A DNA stretch of 64,000 bases, from the NCBI GenBank assembly GCA_030704615.1, contig CM060731.1, positions 45,322,001 through 45,386,000 of the forward strand, read 5' to 3'. The position numbers and the translations under genes are program-made. The DNA is from Takakia lepidozioides (taxonomy: Eukaryota; Plantae; Bryophyta). Of the stretch, positions 47,530 through 61,371 are shown one piece after another (positions within the stretch are counted from its first letter, which is position 1; the number at the start of each line of letters is the position of its first letter). The notes beneath the pieces were generated by a model that had not been told where the DNA came from, did not search any database, and saw only the letters and a list, made by a program, of their open reading frames with translations.

Positions 47530-48822
47530 GATTTGGTTTTTTACACTCTCCTGAAATTTCTCATTGCGAGGAAGTTGCCCTCTATGCCATCAGAGTCATT
47601 TGTATGAACATTGGCACCATCAACCCCTCAACGGCCAATGGTTGCCACCAAAGCTCTCACTTCCTCTAGTTTTTGTTGGCTCCGCTAACCTTGGTGAATG
47701 GATTTGGCAAGATAAGAAGCACTCGCCTTTCTTCTCTTACACGGTCAAGAAAGGTACTCTTTACTAAACTTCCATATCCCGGTGGATCTCAAGCTTACCA
47801 AGTAATGGGCTCATTTCTCTGGCCATCCCAAATCTTGGAAGTGCATTTGGAAGGATATTTGGAGGAAAGACCGGGCTGCAAAGCTGTCGGGCTTTTTTCT
47901 ATGGAAGATGGTTAACAAAATTCTCCCAGTCTCTTACTTTGTTTCTGATGCTAGCTCAGTTTGTAAGCTCTGCAACATGAATGTGCCTAAAACCATGGAG
48001 CATTGCCTACTGTACTGTCACGCTGCCCGTGCTTCCTGGCGTATGGTCTGGAATTTCTACTCCTTCTGGTACCCTCTCCCTCGGGATGATACCTCAGTGT
48101 TACTTCTTAATTTTCAAGAGGATGCATTGTGGTCACCTTGCTCGGTATAGGCTCCCCTCAGAGCTCAGACGCTATGGAATATCTGGAAAGCCATATGTGG
48201 TTTTGTTTTTGCTAACAAATGGAGCAACGCTAGGGCTATATTGTTTATGGTTCACTCAGATTTAATGTCTGATGCTAGGAAGGCTTGGCAGGTTATTGGG
48301 GAACTCTATGAAGAAGGACTCAACTTCTGGATGAGTTTGACAACTCCTGGGGCAAAGGGGGCAAAGGTGGCAAAATCTGCACCAGGCAATCTGATTCCCG
48401 AGTTCTCAGGAGCGACACCATCCCATCAGGCTAGCAGTTCGCTTAGTGCGATGTATACCCCGCTGGATCGGGAGGGCCGGGAGGTCAATTGGAGGCATAG
48501 AAAATCAGTTAGGAAGGGCAAATTGATCGTGCAACGGTCATTTGACACCTTTTCTTAGATGGACATGACTCTTGAGTCTAAGCTTTATCTTCTCTTCTCT
48601 CATTACCAGACCTTATCAAACTCTTTCTCTGCAGACTGCTGCCTTTTGGTTACGAAACAGTGGCTTCTTACATCAGCCTCTATGGCACTTTGATATTGAG
48701 GTTATTTTTACCTCATGATGCTATGCTTGTATCTTTCCCTTTTTCAATAAAGTAAAACAGGGCCACACCCCCCCTTTACGCCGGGGAAAAAAAACAAAAA
48801 AAAAACAAAAAAACAAAAAAAC
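47530..48822 (+). mobile_element. 5'-truncated LINE (L1-like) 3' end
   Basis: RT C-terminal zinc finger WKMVNKILP...CKLC...MEHCLLYC...W. AATAAA at ~48746 and an A-rich tail at 48787-48822. Absent from the paralogous region behind UGT copy 1. Confidence 0.8.
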
Positions 48823-50299
48823 AGAGAAGAAATAAATCTTGATCTTTCATTGGAAAATGCAAAACACACTTTTCTTGTGGGAGGGTTGCTATGATCCTGA
48901 GTTCATGTATCGTCTATAGCATGCAATGCACTCATCATTTTTGTGTTGCTCATTTTGGCCGCCTTTCATATTGCCACTTAGCGCATGCAGCTCATCGTGG
49001 GGGAAAGAACACTAGGTTTCTTCAATAATTTGTTCCACCGTGCTTATTACATACACAGTAGCTATACAACCGCAGAAGATAGGCACGACCCTAATCACAT
49101 GATCCTGGATCAAATTGATTTGTGAGGGTCAGCAAATGATGGTAGAACATCTAATATCAACCTTGAATGGAACGTAAAACCTGACCTAATTTTTCCTTTG
49201 TATTTGGAGGTACCTTCCCTACCAAAACTTTTCTCTTGTTTTTGGAGGTACCTTACGGGGGTTGTAAGGTCCTGCCAGACTCGTTTTCCAAGGGCATATC
49301 CATGGGCTATGAGCTTGGGCCTCAACCCTGCAAGCTGTCGGGCAATGTGAGTCAGCTTGGCAACGCATGACGGAACCTCCCGCCCTGTTGCGGTGAGATC
49401 AAATGATTCCACTGTGCAGCATTCTAATGTTATTGATGCTCAGGCCCTCTCGTGGGGCTGCCGCTATTTATTGCCCCTCTTTCGGTGTCTTCATTCTCTA
49501 GTTCTACGTTGTCTCAACCCTATCTGCCCTCTTGTTGCACTCGACCGTGGCGCCACCAAGCTAACTGCTCTCCTTACGCCGATCTTCCGAGTGACTACTC
49601 TTCGGACTGTGAAACGCATTGTGCACACCGACACTTACCAGCTTCCGGCCAAGTGGCTCGGCTACACCCTGATCACTATGTGCATCTTGACAACCATTCC
49701 AGGCTGCCAACCTATGAGTGTTGTGAATCACCATAGACCCAATGGAGTCTTCTGCTACAGTGGCAACACGACGACACATCTGATATCAGTCCAAGCAGCT
49801 GACACTCTTATTCACATGCGCAACAATTTGGGCTCCCATATGCTAGTGACATGTATGAGTCACCCGAAACAACATGCGAACTTGTTCTCACGGCCTCTAC
49901 TTACTAGGGCTCCAGAAGCCAGCCTAGCGATTTTGCCATTTTTGGACCAAATTACATGGTGTACAGATCTCCATCCTCCAGCAGCACTCTCTTCAGTTTG
50001 TGCTTTCCATGAAGATCCTATGGCGGTTCTCTTCAGTCACTTCCCACTTGTTTCTGACAATTTCCTGATTCACGATTCCCCACTACTGTACGTGGCTTCA
50101 CCCTATGATCTGCTGCTACGAGTTCAATGGAAACCACATGTTACTTGCTACTCGTTGAGACTCCCCAAGACCAAGACCATCCCACAACCGTTCTGGGTGT
50201 TTTGAATCATCACCAACGTGAATGCAGCCAGGTCTCAACTCTGCAGTACCCCTAAGTACCATAAGCGACAGCAGCTTCTGCAACATAAGAAGCGGCAGG

Positions 50300-50715
50300 C
50301 CAGGTTGAATGGCCATGTCAAAGCTGGAATTGTTGTGGAGACCTATGATCAAATGATGGGGGAAGGGGTGAAGCCCAACCACATCACGTGTGTGAGCATT
50401 TGCCATGCTTGTGCAAGCCTGGCAGCCCTGGAGAAGCGCAAAGATGTGCATGTTAACATCATCAAAGCTGGAGTGGTACCAAATGTTGTCTCCAGCCTCA
50501 AACTTGCAAATAAGCTGCCAGGTATGTACACGTTCCCTGAATTATCAAAGCTGGCATTATGCAAAATGTCAATCTGAAGACTGCCCTTTCTATCATGTAT
50601 GCCAAATGCGGGAGCTTGAATGATACAAGCCATGTGTTTGATGACACGCTTAAACGAGCTGGGTTCTCATGGAGTACAATGATAGCTGGATGTATTGAAA
50701 ATGGATGCGGTACAG
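50300..50715 (+). pseudogene. PLS-class PPR fragment
   Basis: QMMGEGVKPNHITCVSICHACASLAALE..DVHVNIIKAG; TALSIMYAKCGSLNDTSHVFD...FSWSTMIAGCIENG (L, S and P motif remnants in two frames). Confidence 0.8.
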
Positions 50716-52176
50716 TGGCTTTCTTACTCACGTCATTGGAGGCCCTTGATAGAATTTCTTACAATGTATGAGCTCGATCACAGGAAGCTGATGGGGCAGC
50801 TACTTGATCATGGAGTTATATTGAGAGATGGCAGGAACTCAGTTCTACTGTCTCCCATCCTGTTCCATGTATGTCCCTCCCCAGGTTCTCATTATGCTTA
50901 TGGCCCCTTGCTATACATACCTGCTGCCTATACAATGCAACCTCCCCCTCCTCTGTTTTCTGCCCCAGAGACTTATGCCCTGAATGCTGGCAATGAGGCC
51001 CTTTTAAATGCACATAGCCAGGACTATGAACAGCCAGCCACATTATGCAGCCATACAAGCCCTTACTGGGATATGACTCGACCAGTCTTGTACGAGCACA
51101 TTCTTGCTGAGGTAGGCTCCTGGCGAAATGAACCTGGACAGGTCATGGTCACATGCCATGCTAGTGCAAAAGATTGTGATATGAGCAGGGTTTGTGTCAT
51201 CAAAATCTGCCTCCACATTCGAGACACCATCTCCAGCATTTGTCAAGACCTACCTAAACCCAAGGTTGCGAAAAGGTGGCCCAGCTTACTGAAGAAGGCC
51301 GGGGCCTGCACTGATCGGCTTTTGTCTGTGATGAGCAAGGATTCAAGCAATGAAGCAGCAGCATAAAGATCAAGCATCCTATTCCTGACAGCCATTTCTC
51401 CTCAACCTTCCTACCCTCTCAGCTGCCAAGCATCTACCACAATCCAGATCCACTTACCATCACCCAACCTTGCCACCACTCCACACTGTACCTCTACCCC
51501 ACTATCTATATCGAGGCCCACCAAACTCATTCATCCATGGATGTCGTCCATTTATCCTCTTTCCCCCACTCTAGTTAATTATATACTCTTTACCCACCAT
51601 ACACCCATATTAAAAATTTTCCCCATCATGAGAGCTCATGTACAACAAACCTCCTTCATGACCCCCAGACAAACCCACACACTAACCCACAAGCAATACC
51701 TTCCCCCCCATGCAAGCTCTGCTTTTCCTAACTACACTCCCACAAACTACCATGGAGTCATGGGGAGGAAGAAGACTCTGGCCCTAGCACAAATCGTGTT
51801 TTGACAAGCCAACAATCCAAAGACTGCTCAAACACTGTCTGATAAGTGCACTCACAGTAAACAGATCATATCATCAACAAAAATACACGCGACAACAAAA
51901 ACTGCTGATAAGTTGACAGACAGGTTTAAGTCTGATACAGAGAGTTGCTCCAAAAGATAAATCCTAGCTGATGTGATTAGGCATGAAATCTTTTGGAGCT
52001 TTAGTCACTACAGCTGAAGAAACTGCAAAATGCATTGACGCCCAATTCAGGGTACACAACCTACATATAACAAACTAAATTGTCTACAGGAAGGTAATGG
52101 TCAACAGCAAGGTTGCACATTTGATTAAAACTCAACTAAGATTGTAAACCTACATATAGTTTACAAACTACATAGT

Positions 52177-55100
52177 CTACAATGAAGGTAATGGGCGACG
52201 GCAAGTTGGACATTCCATTTTGATGTCCATCCACCGCTGTAGGCAGCCCGGGTGGAAAAAATGGTCGCATGGTGTCACCTGCACTCCCCCATACAACACC
52301 AGGTAATGATTGTAAGATTGAGGCGGAACATACTAATTAGTCAAGCTCGATGTGCATGCATATTGTGCATAAGAGAGCAAACAACAGGAGACATGATCTT
52401 GCCTCATTATTTCCTGTGAACTAGGGTCCTCTTCATCAACTGCCTTAAGAGATGTCTATTCGTATACTTGCATGTAGTCTTTTGAAAGAAAGGAAGGGGG
52501 TTGATATCATCGGTAAAATAATATGGACCCTCACTTGACTATCCTACAGGACCGCTATCAGAACTTTGGAGCCTAAATTGCTAAACCCATAAACATCACC
52601 AAGAAAGTGTAGCTCCTCTTGACTCTCTCATGAGCATTACAGTGTTGTTCCTTTGAACCCTCACCTAGGATTATTTCTGAGGACACTGCATGCACCCAAA
52701 CAAGTAACACTTGAGTGAAATCTTGCCAAATGGAGAAACATGGAAACCAAAAGCATCAGGAGAAAGCATCTACCATGCATTCAGTGGAGCGCTGTGCCAC
52801 TTCGACAGTGGCCATGCAAATGACACAATCCACAGAAGGGTTCTCTTCACCGCCAGCAGCCTGAATACTCGATCTGTTCACTCTTCTGAAGTAACTATAT
52901 TTCTCAGGTAGCAGCTGACCACAACGCAACCCTTTTTGTGTCAGGACACTACACCCATTGCCCACACATCAACTTTGAGGACCTCTAGAATATCTAGAAA
53001 GTCATGGCTATGAAGTTTGTTCAGAAAACTGAACTACGTGATGGTGATGCTAAAGACTTGGAACCACTGACAAATGTTAGATTGAAAGCAAGTGGCTTAA
53101 AGGTCTTCTAAAACGGTGACTAAAACCACCATTTCCCTTGTGGGAAACCCCCTATGTTCAATTCCCCATTTTCCAAAAATTGGCAGATTTTTATGATGTA
53201 GACATATGAAGGGAGTAGGTGTATTTATACCTGACGGGGGATGAAGCAACGGGCACCAAAATAGTGCTGTAGAAGAAGGATGGAGGCCTGAGCTGCCAAG
53301 AAAGAAGTAAGCCCAATGCACCACCCAAGGTTGGTTTCAACCCTCAAGAAATTCTTGGGACAACCAAAGGTGTAGAGGGGTATAACCAGCCGTGTTGCCG
53401 TTATCCCCAATATATAGTGAGGGTGAAGAGGTTTGCGTGAGTCCCGCACAACATTCGCGACAATTTGAGGAATCCAAAATGAGTAGAAAAACAGCAATAT
53501 GTAGCGCAACATATTTTGAAGCTCGTACATAATCAAGATCCCCCCCAGCAGAAACCCATCTGCATCCAGAATGTTAGGTCAACAAGTTGCCAAATACCAT
53601 GACAGTGACTGCCTGATACACATGGTAAGTCTCTGTCGCTCTCTCTCTCTCTCTCTCTCGCCATATGTTCACACCAACTTAAATCTCGTGGCTGACCCCA
53701 GGCCCTTTTGGGGTCTAATTATTGGGCAAATCACACACAGCATAGAAGTGCCTGGGCACTGGGCCTCTGCACCAGTTTCCCAGGCTGTGACATCAAGAAC
53801 AGAAAGGGTGATTCACATGAGAGCATGCCCTCACCTACATGAGGCACCCCATATACAACCAACTTCTGGGGTTTTTTTAGACTTATATTGGTTCGTTTGT
53901 AATTCTAATGTGTCCCATAGGACCTCTGGCCTCTGCACTAGACATTAAAAAGTCCATTTTTCTCTCAAAGTTGAATTGTCATTTCTATGGTTGTGGTGGC
54001 TGGTTGTTATGAGCCCCACTTTTCTGTCCTGTTTCCTCTTTTTCTTCTGTTCCATAAGCTCTGAGCTTCCTTGGACATTATAAAGTTTCTTTCCTTATTC
54101 TCTTTTTCATGCCCCAAATAACCACGAGTGATGTCATTTTGCAGCCCACTCTGTCTCATCTCTTATCGTCAGTGAAACATTTATAAAACCAAATCCAGTT
54201 ATAAAGGATAAAACTCACAAAAGCGTGAATACAGGACGGAGAGCTCGCGGCGCATAGTCTCCCAACCATCACCGGAGCTAACCGGTCTGCGTGCTTTCCA
54301 AATAGCAAGCAGGTATCGCATCTCAAAGATCGAAAATATCACAAACTTGAAAAATGCTGCTGTTGCAAATGCATTGAACAGAGATTCTGTCACATACCAT
54401 AGCCACCTGCATGTTAGACTAAGTGACAAGAGTGGGCTGTAGGTTAAGGTGTTAAACTTAGCCTAAAATCACCAGGTTGAATGTCAAGCAACACACTGAG
54501 AAGTATGCAGTACATCACCAATACTTCAGGATGTGAAGAAATATACTGAGAAGTATACCAACTTCCCTAGCCCAGTAGGTGGTACACTCGCACTTCTCCC
54601 ACTAAATCTCTTCCCAGTAGCAATCACTGTCGTAACCAGCAAACCCAAGAAGAAGAAAACACTACAACCTACAGGCATCACCTTCTTGATTGATATCTTC
54701 CCTGCGCTTCCATGATGCTTTAGTATATGAGCCCCGACCTACAACCAATATTCTGCTTTAGCTAAAAATCCGTGGTAGAAAAGTAAAACCTTAAAATTCT
54801 GCTCCAAATATGCTCTGATTCAAGTGGACCCAATGATTGGGTATCTGTCACAGGCTTTGAGGCATTCCATATGCCACAGATGTACGTAGGACAAAGTGCA
54901 ATCCAGTGCGCAGGGAAACTTTCTGAAAGACACCATTAGAACTATGTTGACGTTCCTAATTACGTAAAGAAACGTTAAGCTTACACATCGTTCCCTTTAA
55001 TTGCACCACATGGCACACTTAAAGGACAATGAAAGAAGCATAGTACTATTGGGGAACTCTGCAGTAAAGAGCAGCACTTTTTGAGTAATAAATGCTGACG

Positions 55101-58100
55101 GTTTAGAAGCTGTGAATACACATACCTACAAGGATGCCAGCAGTGAGATGCAGCAGGCACAAGTAGGCATCCATGATGGCTTGCTGTCCAATCATCAACA
55201 ATGATACCTTTGCAGCCCCCTGTTCCACCAGAGCACATAGAGGCAGAGAGTGTGCATTACACCGAACACATCTCATATGAATGAAAATGGAAACATAAGC
55301 AAAGCCAAAATACTAATTACAAGAAGAGACCTAACTAAGCCTTTGTAGAGCTCTCCTCGTAACTTAGAAACAAAACTGAGGATATTAAAGCAGACTGTCT
55401 TATCGTCAGATAAAATACCGATTGTGTATTGCTATGCTCCATTTGGCGTATCAAGAATAAAACTTGCAGAAATGAAATCTTGTGGACACTCTGTCAAGGA
55501 GAGAGGCCTTTGTCTTGACGAATAGAACAAGAGGAATTTCCACATACATGCATATATGCTACAGGTGAAACATCTGAGACGAAGAAGAGGAACTTATTCG
55601 AGAGCACGAGACATAACAGTCAGTTCCATTTGTGTAAGGGGGCACCCCATCCCATCTAAAACCAAAAGGCCAGCTGATTCCAGTCTGCCGAACAGAAGGG
55701 TCGGAAAAAAGGATACAAAAGTGACCATCAAGGTGTAGTTGACGGCTTTGTTATAGTACAACTCCACGTTAACTGACGTGGCATTCACGATGAGCGGAGA
55801 GAAGCACTCTTCTTGCCCTTCATCCAGTATAGGACCTTCCACAAGCCCTTGCATCTCACACTCCTGCCGGTCGTGCTCCCCGTCTGCACGCCACCAGTTC
55901 AATAAGAATAAAGGTGACATCACAGATGTTTGCATGGGAACCTCTTGCCACAATATCCTAGATGCACATCTGATTTCAAGGGCTGGTGATTCCTCTAACT
56001 GATTCTAAACCTGGAAAGTGTCTGAGGCCACCAACTTTTGCATTGGAAACTCTTGCCAGATATCCTAAATGCCCCCCTGATTCCAAAGGCTGGTGATCCT
56101 TTTCAGTGATTTTAATCCTGAAAAGTGAACACAAGTTGGGGGTTGGAAATTCCCAGTCCGAAAACAGTGGATGGGCATTCTCGTCTATTGACAGCCAATG
56201 TTGGGAGTTACAAACCCATCGCACAGGATCAGTGCACTCAAAATGTACAATACCCCAACTAAACAACTCGATCCTGCACAACTATTTTTCAAATGCAAGG
56301 CGTGTGGGGTTTGGTACCAAACGGAGTAAGAACTACGTAAATGAGGACAGAAGCAGGATAACAACTGTGATGAAAGGACTCACACTTGAGCTCCGACAAC
56401 ACAGTGGAAACTTGAGTCACCAGTTGAACTTTGCACGTCTTTCCCATTTCCATTGCGCTTGCTGGATATGCGTGCAAAACACACGGCAAAAATGCCACAA
56501 AAGCGAATAGAGTAATCAGTGACGAATTGACGCACATCTGACAAGCCTCATATTGCGACCTGCACCCCTGCAATGTAGACAGACTCAGCAAGAGACCCCA
56601 GGCCACAAAACCAAGGAAGGCTAAAATAGTTTACAGAAAGTGTATTGGGTTCTTAAGAGCATAAAGAAGACCGAGACAGCGAGAGAAAGGGAGAGCGGTC
56701 TTGCCTTTTCGCCGTCCCGGATTTCTTAGAGAGTCTTGCAACACCTGCGATGAGAACATGCCGAGCTGCGTTTCTCAAACAACCACACATTTGTGGAACT
56801 TGTCAGCACCTACATCACTATTACTCATCAGGCACCATCTCTCGTATCCCGCAGTACCATCATTACCAAGTTTGCCATCCAGTTATTGAGGAAAGGAACT
56901 AAACCTCTAGCTTGATTAGCAATGCAATCAATCTTTGGTCACTAGTCCAACGCGCACAGCCCCCCCCCCCACAACACCTTCATTCCAGAATCTGTGGGTT
57001 AGAAAGTAGTGAATGAACGTTTGCTCGAACCATTTGACTCTTACCAAATGATAAGGACTAGACTGGATGAAGTCCTCTCCCCTGTTCATTCCATCATCCA
57101 TCGTGCTGCAAGATGGGAACCACAAACACAAACTGTGACCTCGTTTCCTTACAGTTCACAGATCAGTTAGCTGGTTCCACAAATAGAATCAGGAAGTGAA
57201 ATGAAACTTAAAACTCCACATGTGCATAAAAGAAAATGACCATTGATAGATGCTATGCATCAATATTTATTGAGCACATCTAATCTTTACTAGACTGATC
57301 CTTGAATCCACACATAATTTGGTCAATGAATGCTAAGCTCGCCTACCCACCAATTGACTTCCTGCTGGCAACTGCTAAATAGACTCTTGACATAATTGGC
57401 ACACATGTTCACAATCGACACTTTTCACTTGAACAGATTGGAGCTGGACAATGTCTAAACAAAGATTTGATTATCCAACTCCAAGAAGAGAGCTCACCTG
57501 CTCAACACCATGCGAAGTTGGTGGAAGGGCCAAACATACACGCCCACCATTTTCATTTGCAAATCTCCAGCACTTCCATACATGCCATCTCGCAGCACAA
57601 CCTCTCCCTGGAGCAATCCCCACAATACGCATTCAGCATTTTCATACTGAAATTTCCTTCAACATGCCTTGACATATCACCACACCAACAAACTCATGAT
57701 GAAATGGGCTTTACAGCACTTCATTTGAAATTTAATCAAAAACATACCGCCAACATTTACCATAAGGCCATTGTAGTCCCTCACAGAAAGGTCTGGAGAG
57801 TTAGGTATGTCTGATAAACGGGAAGCTAATAATTCTACTCAGCAAATTATAGCCCAGCTGCTCAAGATCCTTATTACTACGACACAACGGAAACTGCAAG
57901 TCACTAGTCAGCCACGCAGGCTTACAAGATCCACTTCGTTCATGCATAGTATGCTCTGCCTACATTAGGGCGGCCGCGAAAAAGTGAGCACACACCATGA
58001 GAAGGCCCGTGGCATCCAACTCTGGTTCTTCAGGTATGGGTGATGTACTCTCCGGTCTTAATGGTGTGAGAGGTCCAGATGAAGAGTCCAGGGAAACAGC

Positions 58101-60113
58101 AGTAAGTCACAAGTAGTTACCTGGACGTAGTGGATGCCCAGTACATCGCTCGCAGAGCTGGTCAGCTCAAATATAATGTTTCCATTTGTCTTCTGAAAAT
58201 CTGGATATTTAGCAGAATGGTTGCCATCCTGAAGCGCCCAAGTTCCTGAAAGAAAAATGGAAGAGAGAGAGAGAGAGAGATAAGTGTGAGAGAAAGACAA
58301 AAAGAGAGAGCTTTCATAGCAGAGGAATTTTTTGACAGCTGCCTCAAGCAAAAGGTGGGTTTAGAAGTCCCTGATATATTCATTTGAACATAAAATCCTG
58401 GCGTGAAACCATGACATCAAATAAGTGCAGACAACCAAGCTGCAATGGAATATGGTAGCACTCACCCTTGTAGGTACCCGTGATGTTCAACATAGAATAT
58501 GGACCCATCACCCCTCCACCTCCTTCTGTTAAAAGCCTCTGCATGGACCCGAACAAGCAGACTGCCGTCGTTTAATTTCGCACACAACACACCTGAGCAG
58601 GTAGCCCATTGGTTGGGTGTTTGTTCCTTGCCTGTGCATAACCTAGGTGATCCAGGGTTCAAAGTGTCCACCTTCCAGTGGAAGGCAGTAACCTTCGGAA
58701 TAGACTATAACTTACGATAACTTCAGGAGTCCTCTTTCCTTCTTGCACACAACTATAGTCTTGGCTTTACATTGTGGTCAACTAAAGTAAAACCTCTGAA
58801 TAGTACTACTGAGACCTTTACTATAGTGCTGGGTGAGCAGAGAGAGAGAGGGAGTGACTATGCTACAAATGAACAGCAGAGGAGATCCAATTATCTCCGA
58901 ACCAGTGGAGATAGGGGTTCAACATGGCTGTTCACAATCAGTAGAGGCAAAAGTCATTCACGTGGACCTAGACCAACCATCTGCTAACAACCAACCCAAA
59001 GCTCAGAAGTTGGTCCCAACAATTTTAATTGTGACCAAACTCCTTTGAACAGCTTAAGGATGGAGTTATGATTTCCTAAGGAAAACTTGTGCCATTACAG
59101 ATAAGTAGAAAATGCAGGTTAATAAACCCTTTTACATTTACAAGGTAGTGCAAAGAACAGAACCCCACTCCAACAACTATATGTAAAACAGTGAAAGTCA
59201 ACTTGACTACCCTGGATGCTGGGGCATACCCACAGACGACCACCAGGCCCCGCAACCTCACAAATTGAGTGGTCACAGGAACACAGGGAGCTCCAGAACT
59301 CTGGAGAGGTGTGCAAAGAGCCATTTTGATGAGAGCACATCCCTGCTGAGCCCTGACACACAAGGGAAGAGGAAGAGAGGAGTTCGAAATGGATATGGGG
59401 CACATAGAGACAGAGAGGTATCTAGACAACAGAGAAAGACCTTCAACCTAGGAATACCATTCTGACCCCAGATTGACATATACGTTATATCTGAGCACCA
59501 GGCTGAGCATTGCGTTCACCGCATCCCAGCATGGCTTGATTACGAAGCCATCCAATTACTTATGGAGGTAGGTCAAGGCCCTTGCAGTTGCTTGTTAAAA
59601 AAGTAGGAGACATAACCAAGAATGAACTTGAAAAGGCCAGTATCAGAAGGTCTGAGACACCCCAGATGATGCCAGGAAGCTCCCTCACCATTTGACCAGA
59701 AATAATGCTGGTTGGAAGTATGAGTCAGGGTGCGTCGAAAAACAGTATGGTCAGAATTGTAGTACCAACACACTGGAGTGTTCAAGATGAAGCTGTCACT
59801 GCAGACAGAGCTAGGAGAGAGACAGAAGGACGCAGAGGAGGGGTGGCAGGAATACCTCGTTCACCCATGGCGAATTGCCAAAGTTAAAACCTTTCTCTTT
59901 CAGCGGCCTGAATCCAGCGGCTGAACCCCATGATAAAAAAAGTGTAGCCACCCAAAAAGCCAATGAAAAAGGAGGCGCATAGTGGTTCCTGCTTGCTGCA
60001 TTCAAGGCCGAGTTCGGACCAATATCTCCTCTCCGCGATCCCTTAAAGCATCCAGTCACCACAGGTTCCTTATCAAATAACCTTCGACTAGCTAGACCAT
60101 CCTTGGGGAGCAT
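52177..60113 (-). CDS. FLY1: Transmembrane RING-H2 E3 ubiquitin ligase, FLY1/FLY2 (Tul1/Dsc1) family, 14 exons, ~608 aa
   Basis: Exons: 60113-59856, 58538-58466, 58245-58121, 57607-57498, 57105-57045, 56765-56705, 56461-56384, 55883-55717, 55478-55419, 55219-55126, 54386-54219, 53559-53231, 52914-52774, 52278-52177 (1827 nt, in frame). Motifs: NITGTYKG, GVYVWPF, YYNKAVNYTLMVT, QMEHSNTQSGAAKVS, QQAIMDAYLCLLHL, SFWIPQI, DCVICM...TPCDHFFH..CLQRWMDIKMECPTCRRPLP. An upstream in-frame ATG exists at 60191. FLY1 and FLY2 cannot be distinguished. Confidence 0.93.
58595..58725 (+). mobile_element. tRNA-derived SINE family 2, in intron 1 of the E3 ligase
   Basis: A-box TAGCCCATTGG (58602) and B-box GGTTCAAAG (~58656). 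Homologous to 61730-61815. Confidence 0.6.
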
Positions 60114-61162
60114 ATTCTCGACACTTTGTCGCCCGTGCACTCTCTTCTCCTCATCGGCCGCAGTCACTCCCACACAGTCCCTCGTGCGCATACAGAGAGA
60201 TCAATCCCACACCATCACTTACTACCATTCTTCCATCCAAAGCTCTGCTTGCCATCAACCACCGCAGATACTGCGAAAATTCCAGAATTTTCATAACCCA
60301 AACTCGAAACAAAAAACCAATCCCACACACGCAAGCAGCAGGACAGTGTGGAGGCCAGCAAGATCCTAAGGACGCACACAATCCTGCGTCTTCTCGCTCC
60401 ACAGAGACGAAGAAGGGGGACGACGCAAGCACGCAGAGGACAAGAGGTCGCAGGCGTCGGGTCTGGCACCGTTCTGGGGCCACCGTCAGCAGCCGGTCGT
60501 CATCTACGACTCATCCATCTCTCCTTCAGTTTCTCATCCACTGAACGTCCCACGCCCATGACTGTATGGTTCTCATCCATGATCTTCAGTGTTTTGTCAT
60601 CCATTCCCCACTCGTTTTGATACTTTTCATCCATGATCAGTTTATCCTTGTTTTTACTCAATTTTCATGTTCCTAGAAAAGACACACCTGACAGACCTAC
60701 ATATCCATCCTATTCTATTCATCCATCACATTCATTGCCAGACTCATTCACCTTTCTGTCAACTGTTGACTAGCATAACTTAACTTAGCTGCCGGCCAGG
60801 CTACTAGGTAGAAACCCGGATCGCTACGGAGAAAAAAACAATTTGCAAGAAAAACAAATCCACGACGGTCTCTCATGGTGTTTTCTCAAGGGTTTTTGTT
60901 TTTTCCGGCCTCCATCCCCCTTGGGTTTGAAAACATAGAAACAATAATCAACCTCCAAGCTACCGGAGTCTACCAACAAACATTGTGGGATTATAGTTAC
61001 TACAGTTTGCTATCAAAGTGACAATCGCTGTAGAGCAATTTAAGTTTGGATACCTACTACTTCCTAAGTGACTCTATTGTTGTGGAACCAAGCATATAAT
61101 TTGCATATATAAATGTGAGGAAGCAATCAGTGAGGTCCAAACTCCAAACAATCATCATGTAA

Positions 61163-61354
61163 AGTAAAGTAAAGTAAAGTAAAGTATGACGCCTCCCAAG
61201 GAAGCCTAAATTATGGTGTCTCTTGATCCCAAAGGGCTACTGCCTTTTGGCGAGAAGGTGGACACCTTTGGGATACCAAAGGGTGGATTGAACCCACAAC
61301 CACTTTGGAGGTGGTATGTGCCCATTAGCACTCAGCCTACAATTTGGTTGTTGT
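61163..61354 (-). mobile_element. SINE family 1 copy with TSD
   Basis: (TACTT)n tail at 61159-61186, degenerate A and B boxes, and a 9-bp TSD atcatgtaa (61154-61162, 61355-61363). Confidence 0.8.
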
Positions 61355-61371
61355 ATCATGTAAGTATGTAC

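Noticed and set aside
60510-60730. Cluster of TCATCCA motifs upstream of the E3 ligase
   Set aside because: Cannot distinguish a promoter element from decayed transposon subterminal repeats. No TIR or TSD found.
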